64,000 nt of DNA from Pseudomonadota bacterium (lineage in GTDB: Bacteria > Pseudomonadota > Gammaproteobacteria > Pseudomonadales > JADFDG01): contig JBMOON010000040.1 of assembly GCA_049323295.1 (NCBI GenBank), forward strand, positions 252,251-316,250, read 5' to 3'. Position numbers and translations under genes: made by a program. The notes beneath the pieces were generated by a model that saw only the letters and a program-made list of their open reading frames with translations, was not told where the DNA came from and did not search any database. How positions within the stretch are numbered: position 1 is the first letter of the stretch; each line of letters opens with the position of its first letter. This document shows positions 59,648 to 64,000 of this stretch, piece by piece.

Positions 59648-62613
59648 GCGGTTTGCTCCTGTTTCGCGGGCGGCGTGCTGTCCTGCCAGCGGGGCAGGGT
59701 GACGACGATGCGCGTGCCGCGCTGGGTATCGGGATGCGCCGGGCTTTCGATGGCGATGTGGCCCTGGTGGTCTTCGATGATGCTGTAGACCAGCGACAGA
59801 CCGAGGCCGGTGCCTTTGCCGGGATCCTTGGTGGTGACGAACGGCTCGAACACCTTGCCGAGCAGCTCGGCCGGAATGCCGGTACCGTTGTCTTCCACGC
59901 AGACGGTTGCCGTGCGTTCGGTGCCCGGCAGGGTGTAGATGCGTACCGGTTCGCCCGGCTCGGATGCGTCGCGCGCATTGCCGAGCAGGTTGATGAACAC
60001 CTGCAGCAGACGCTGTGCATCGCCGGTCACGCGCAGATCGGGATCGCACTCGTTGCGGGCGATCAGTTCGCGCCCGTCGCGCCCCAGCCGCAGCAGCGCG
60101 ATCGCCTCGTCGACGGTTTGCCGCAGGTCGACGGCTTCGTCGGGTGCGGCGCGCTGTTTGCCGCTGTGGCTGAAGCTGACCAGCGATTGCACGATGCGGT
60201 CGATCCGCCGTGTCTGGTCGAGGATCTGTTTCGTGTAGTCGCGCACTGATGCGTTGTCGCTTTCGGTGGCGAGGTCCTGCGCCAGGCAGGCGATGCCGGT
60301 CACCGGGTTGCCGATTTCATGCGCCACCCCGGCGGCCAGTCGGCCGATCGAGGCCAGCCGTTCATTGTGCGCCAGCCGGCCTTCCAGCGTTTTCAGGTCG
60401 GTCAGGTCTTCCAGGACCAGCACCTGGGCGCCCAGCTGCGACTGGCCGTTCGGCAGGTTGATCGCCGCCTTGTGCAGGCTGAGCCAGCGGATCTCGCCGT
60501 CGATGGTCACCGGTTTCTGGTGCACGTGCTGGGCATTGCTGGCGGCAAAATCGGCCAGCAGCTTGCGCCAGGGTTCCGGCAGGTTGTGCAGGTGCGAGCC
60601 GATGATTTCCACCGCCCGGATACCGGTGAGGGTTTCCATCACGGCATTCCAGCCGAGAATTTCCCGGTCGGTGCCCAGCGAGCAGACGCCCAGCGGCAGG
60701 TCGTGCAGGGTCTGCCGGTGAAAGCGTCGCAGGCTGTCCAGTTCAGCGGCCAGGCCGGACAGCCGGAACTGGTAGTCCTCCAGCCGGCTTTCGATGAAGT
60801 GGATGTCTTCCGCGCCCCCGCCTTCGGCGAGCGGCTTGTAGGGCAGGACATCGTCGACGATTTCGTGCGCCACCGACGGCCCGAGCAGCCCGGACAGGTT
60901 GGTTTCGATCTGGTCGCGCAGCCGGCGCAGCATGTACGGGCGCGTTTCGCCGGCTTCCAGCCCGAGGTCGCGCAACGCGAATTCCACCTCGCGACGGGCT
61001 GTCGCGTTGCCGAGCGGCTGGGTCAGTGCGCGCACGAAATCCTCCACGCTCACCGCACCGAGTTTCCAGCGATAGGGGCGTCGCAGGTTGTCGACGGCGC
61101 AGGTCTCGGCGGCGCGTTGTTCGGCGTCCGAGCGCGACGTCAGGATCGACGTCACGCCGCCGACCAGGCCGTTGAGGATGATGGCGGTGAAGGCGGCGGT
61201 GTGCCAGTTGGTGGCGTTGGGCTCGAAATCGATGCCGAGCACCGGCAGCGAGAATCCGGCCAGCGGCGTGATCGTCGGCAGCAGCAGGGCCAGGAACCAG
61301 ACGGTGAATCCGGTCACCAGGCCGGCGATGAAGCCGGTGCGGTTGGCGGCCGGCCAGAACAGTACCCCGATGAGTCCCGGCACGAACTGCAGCGTGGCGA
61401 CGAAGGCCAGCATGCCGAGTTCGGTCAGCGTGTTGCGGTTGTCGAGGAAGTAATAGAAAAGGTACGAGCCGAGGATGATGGCGGCGATCAGGACGCGCTT
61501 GGTCCACAGCAGCCAGCGGTAGAGATCGTGGCTTTGCCCGGGCTTGTAGAGCGGCAACGCGAGATGGTTGAGGCACATGCCGGCCAGCGCCAGCGTGCTG
61601 ACGATGATCACGCCGCTGGCCGCCGACAGGCCGCCGATGTAGACGATGGCCGCCATCAGCGGCGAGTCGAGCGCGAGCGGCACGCCCAGCGCGAAATATT
61701 CCGGATCGGTGCCCGGCATCGTTTTCAGCGCGGCCCACAGGATGAAGGGCACCACCAGACTCAGCACCAGCAACAACAGCGGCAGCCCCCAGCTTGCGGT
61801 CAGCAGCGCGCGCGGGTTCAGATTCTCGGTGAATGCCATGTGGTACATGTGCGGCATCACCACTGCCGACACGAAGAAGGCGAGGATCAGGCTGTGCCAG
61901 GTGCCGTCGGCCAGCGGCGCGTACAGCATGGTCAGCGTTTCCGGGTGCGCGCGCAGCCATTCGTGCAGGTCGGCCGGGCCGTCGAACACCGCGAAGACGG
62001 AAAACAGGGCGATCGCCAGCAGCGCCAGCAGTTTCACCAGCGATTCGGCGGCGATGGCCACCACCAGCCCCTCGTGCTTCTCGCGCGGCGTGATGTGGCG
62101 GGCGCCGAACAGGATGGCGAAGGCGATGATGATCAGGCAGAACCAGAAGGCCAGCGAGTTGCGACTCGCTTCGTTGGTCAGGATATGGATGGAATCGGCG
62201 ACCGCCTGGATCTGCAGCGCCAGCAGTGGCAGCACGCCGAGCAGCATGAAGACGGTGACCAGTCCGCCGGCCATCGCACTGCGGTAGCGGTAGGCGAACA
62301 GGTCGGCGAGCGAGCCGAGCTGGTAGGTCTGCGACAGTCGCAGGATCGGCGCCAGCAGGATCGGTGCCAGCAGGAACACGCCGGAGATGCCGACGTAGAA
62401 CGCGAGGAAGTTGTAGCCGTGGTGGAAGGCGAAGCCGACCGCACCGTATACCGCCCAGGCGCTGGCATAGACGCCGAGCGAGAACACGTAGACCACCGGA
62501 TGCCGCACCAGTGCCGTGGGCAGCCAGCCGCGATCGGTCGCCCAGGCGATCAGGAACAGCAGCAGCAGGTAGCCGATGCCGATGAGGCTGAGGGTGGTCA
62601 GGTCAAGCGTCAT
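59644..62613 (-). CDS. cbrA: SLC5-transporter-fused sensor histidine kinase CbrA
   Basis: Multi-TM SLC5-like domain ([23 protein letters not shown]), PAS-like region, [11 protein letters not shown]-box, HATPase G-boxes. Confidence 0.92.
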   Translation of the reverse strand: MTLDLTTLSLIGIGYLLLLFLIAWATDRGWLPTALVRHPVVYVFSLGVYASAWAVYGAVGFAFHHGYNFLAFYVGISGVFLLAPILLAPILRLSQTYQLGSLADLFAYRYRSAMAGGLVTVFMLLGVLPLLALQIQAVADSIHILTNEASRNSLAFWFCLIIIAFAILFGARHITPREKHEGLVVAIAAESLVKLLALLAIALFSVFAVFDGPADLHEWLRAHPETLTMLYAPLADGTWHSLILAFFVSAVVMPHMYHMAFTENLNPRALLTASWGLPLLLLVLSLVVPFILWAALKTMPGTDPEYFALGVPLALDSPLMAAIVYIGGLSAASGVIIVSTLALAGMCLNHLALPLYKPGQSHDLYRWLLWTKRVLIAAIILGSYLFYYFLDNRNTLTELGMLAFVATLQFVPGLIGVLFWPAANRTGFIAGLVTGFTVWFLALLLPTITPLAGFSLPVLGIDFEPNATNWHTAAFTAIILNGLVGGVTSILTSRSDAEQRAAETCAVDNLRRPYRWKLGAVSVEDFVRALTQPLGNATARREVEFALRDLGLEAGETRPYMLRRLRDQIETNLSGLLGPSVAHEIVDDVLPYKPLAEGGGAEDIHFIESRLEDYQFRLSGLAAELDSLRRFHRQTLHDLPLGVCSLGTDREILGWNAVMETLTGIRAVEIIGSHLHNLPEPWRKLLADFAASNAQHVHQKPVTIDGEIRWLSLHKAAINLPNGQSQLGAQVLVLEDLTDLKTLEGRLAHNERLASIGRLAAGVAHEIGNPVTGIACLAQDLATESDNASVRDYTKQILDQTRRIDRIVQSLVSFSHSGKQRAAPDEAVDLRQTVDEAIALLRLGRDGRELIARNECDPDLRVTGDAQRLLQVFINLLGNARDASEPGEPVRIYTLPGTERTATVCVEDNGTGIPAELLGKVFEPFVTTKDPGKGTGLGLSLVYSIIEDHQGHIAIESPAHPDTQRGTRIVVTLPRWQDSTPPAKQEQTA

Positions 62614-62779
62614 CGAGGTCGCGACTCTTCCCGATCCAGTAGCTGAAGAAAATCAGGAACAGCCAGATCAGGTAGGGGCGATACCAGGCCGTGCCGCCGT
62701 CGCTCCACCACTCGATGAGCGCCGGCGACAGCAGATAGCCGCCGAGGATGAAGAGCAACAGGAGTCGGTCGGTGTACAT
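62603..62779 (-). CDS. cbrX: CbrX small membrane peptide (58 aa), absent from the ORF track
   Basis: [58 protein letters not shown]; overlaps the cbrA start by 11 nt; SP...WW...AWYRPY motif as in Pseudomonas CbrX. Confidence 0.85.
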   Translation of the reverse strand: MYTDRLLLLFILGGYLLSPALIEWWSDGGTAWYRPYLIWLFLIFFSYWIGKSRDLDDA

Positions 62780-62866
62780 GCGCGCTGTCCGTTCCGCTGG
62801 CGAACCCGGCTGACGGGTGCACGGGCAGGATACGCAAGCGGCAGGGCCCGAGGCGAGGGGTGCAGG

Positions 62867-63769
62867 TCAGCGGCGGGCGGCGGTCAGCTGTGCGAGCGGA
62901 ACGGATGCCTGGCGGGGGATGCGCGCCGGCCGCCAGCCGGCAATGGCGGCTGCCAGCAGCTCTTCGGGCGTTGCTGCGTCCGGCGGAACGTCCTGCCCCA
63001 GGGCGGCGAGTGCGAGCCGGAGATTGGGCAACCGGTTGCCGGCGTTTACCGGGGTTGCGCGGTCCTGCTTGCTCAGCTTGTTGCCGTCGGCATCGACGAG
63101 CACGGGGATGTGCGCGTAGCGCGGCGCCGGCAGGCCAAGGCACTCCAGCAGCCACAATTGCCGCGGTGTCGAATCCAGGAGGTCGGAACCGCGGACCACG
63201 TCGGTGATGCCCTGTGCGTGATCGTCGACCACTACCGCCAGCTGGTAGGCGAACAGGCCGTCGCGGCGACGAACCACGAACGGGCCTTCCTGGCGGGCCA
63301 GGTTGCAGGCCTGCAGGCCGCGGATACGGTCGACGAAGGTGATGTCGCGATCGGGCACGTTGAGCCGCCAGGCGAAGTCGTCACCCTCGACCGCGACCTG
63401 TTCGCTGGCGGCACGGCCGGGATGCCGGCCGCCGAAGGCATCGAGTTGCGCCCGCGACAGCGGGCAGCGGAAGGCGTGGCCGCCGGCGGCCAGTTGCTCC
63501 AGGGCGGCGGCGTAGAGCTCGCCGCGCGTGCTCTGGAACACGACGTCGCCGTCCCAGGCCAGGCCGTGCTGCTCCAGGCTGCGCAGGATGTCGGCGGCGG
63601 CGCCGGGCTGCTCGCGCGGCGGATCCAGATCCTCGATGCGCACCAGCCACCGGCCACCGGCGGCACGGGCGTCGAGGAACGACGCCAGCGCGCAGGTGAG
63701 GGAGCCGATGTGCAGGGGCCCCGTCGGCGACGGGGCGAAGCGCCCGGTATAGCTGCCGGTTGCAGGCAA
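62867..63769 (-). CDS. gluQ: tRNA glutamyl-Q(34) synthetase
   Basis: GRFAPSPTGPLHIGSL, RIEDLDPPRE, AYQLAVVVDD, RGSDLL, KLSKQ; directly downstream of dksA; TTG start. Confidence 0.93.
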   Translation of the reverse strand: MPATGSYTGRFAPSPTGPLHIGSLTCALASFLDARAAGGRWLVRIEDLDPPREQPGAAADILRSLEQHGLAWDGDVVFQSTRGELYAAALEQLAAGGHAFRCPLSRAQLDAFGGRHPGRAASEQVAVEGDDFAWRLNVPDRDITFVDRIRGLQACNLARQEGPFVVRRRDGLFAYQLAVVVDDHAQGITDVVRGSDLLDSTPRQLWLLECLGLPAPRYAHIPVLVDADGNKLSKQDRATPVNAGNRLPNLRLALAALGQDVPPDAATPEELLAAAIAGWRPARIPRQASVPLAQLTAARR

Positions 63770-63773
63770 GGAA

Positions 63774-64000
63774 TTATGACGCGCTGCCGACCTGTTTTTC
63801 CTTGATCTCGGCCAGCGTCTTGCAGTCGATGCAGAGTTCGGCAGTGGGGCGCGCTTCGAGGCGGCGGATGCCGATCTCGATGCCGCAGGCCTGGCAATAA
63901 CCGTACTCGCCTTCCTCGATGATGTTGAGCGTCTTGTCGATCTTCTTGATCAGCTTGCGCTCGCGGTCACGCGTACGAAGTTCGAGTGCGAATTCTTCTT
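63774..64000 (-). CDS. dksA: RNA polymerase-binding protein DksA (3' part; truncated by the window edge)
   Basis: [20 protein letters not shown]...[27 protein letters not shown]. Confidence 0.96.
   Translation of the reverse strand, partial: EEFALELRTRDRERKLIKKIDKTLNIIEEGEYGYCQACGIEIGIRRLEARPTAELCIDCKTLAEIKEKQVGSAS

Overview
GC-rich Gammaproteobacterial chromosomal backbone with Pseudomonadales-like synteny. The host is probably not Pseudomonas itself, since hrcA is present and ratA is absent. Core order: ssrA(tmRNA)-smpB-NSS transporter-rnfH-bamE-fur-recN-hrcA-grpE-dnaK-dnaJ-dapB-carAB-greA-yhbY-rlmE-ftsH-folP-glmM-tpiA-secG-tRNA-Leu-tRNA-fMet-rimP-nusA-infB-rbfA-truB-rpsO-pnp-acs-panDCB-folK-pcnB-crcZ-like sRNA-cbrB-cbrA-cbrX-gluQ-dksA. 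An accessory block (tfoX-like, murI, ada, LysR/dioxygenase, GST etc.) lies beyond the 3' end of ssrA. Small insertions interrupt the backbone: a CHASE2-adenylate cyclase/SH3/M48-peptidase operon abutting recN; a metal-dependent hydrolase between hrcA and grpE; a TMEM175 channel between dnaK and dnaJ; a Tat-exported TPR-like protein; a signal-peptide-bearing mini-Rhs toxin with a probable immunity gene between dapB and carA; and a secreted Nir/RdgB-like LNS2 HAD phosphatase after greA. Elements missing from the ORF track include the tmRNA, two tRNAs, a compact sigma54-driven CrcZ-like sRNA, the 58-aa CbrX ORF, two sigma32 promoters, a carA attenuator-like hairpin and a 9-bp VNTR built from the murI stop codon. 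I saw no integrase, transposase, prophage or CRISPR array. All assignments come from motif recognition by eye; no searches were run.
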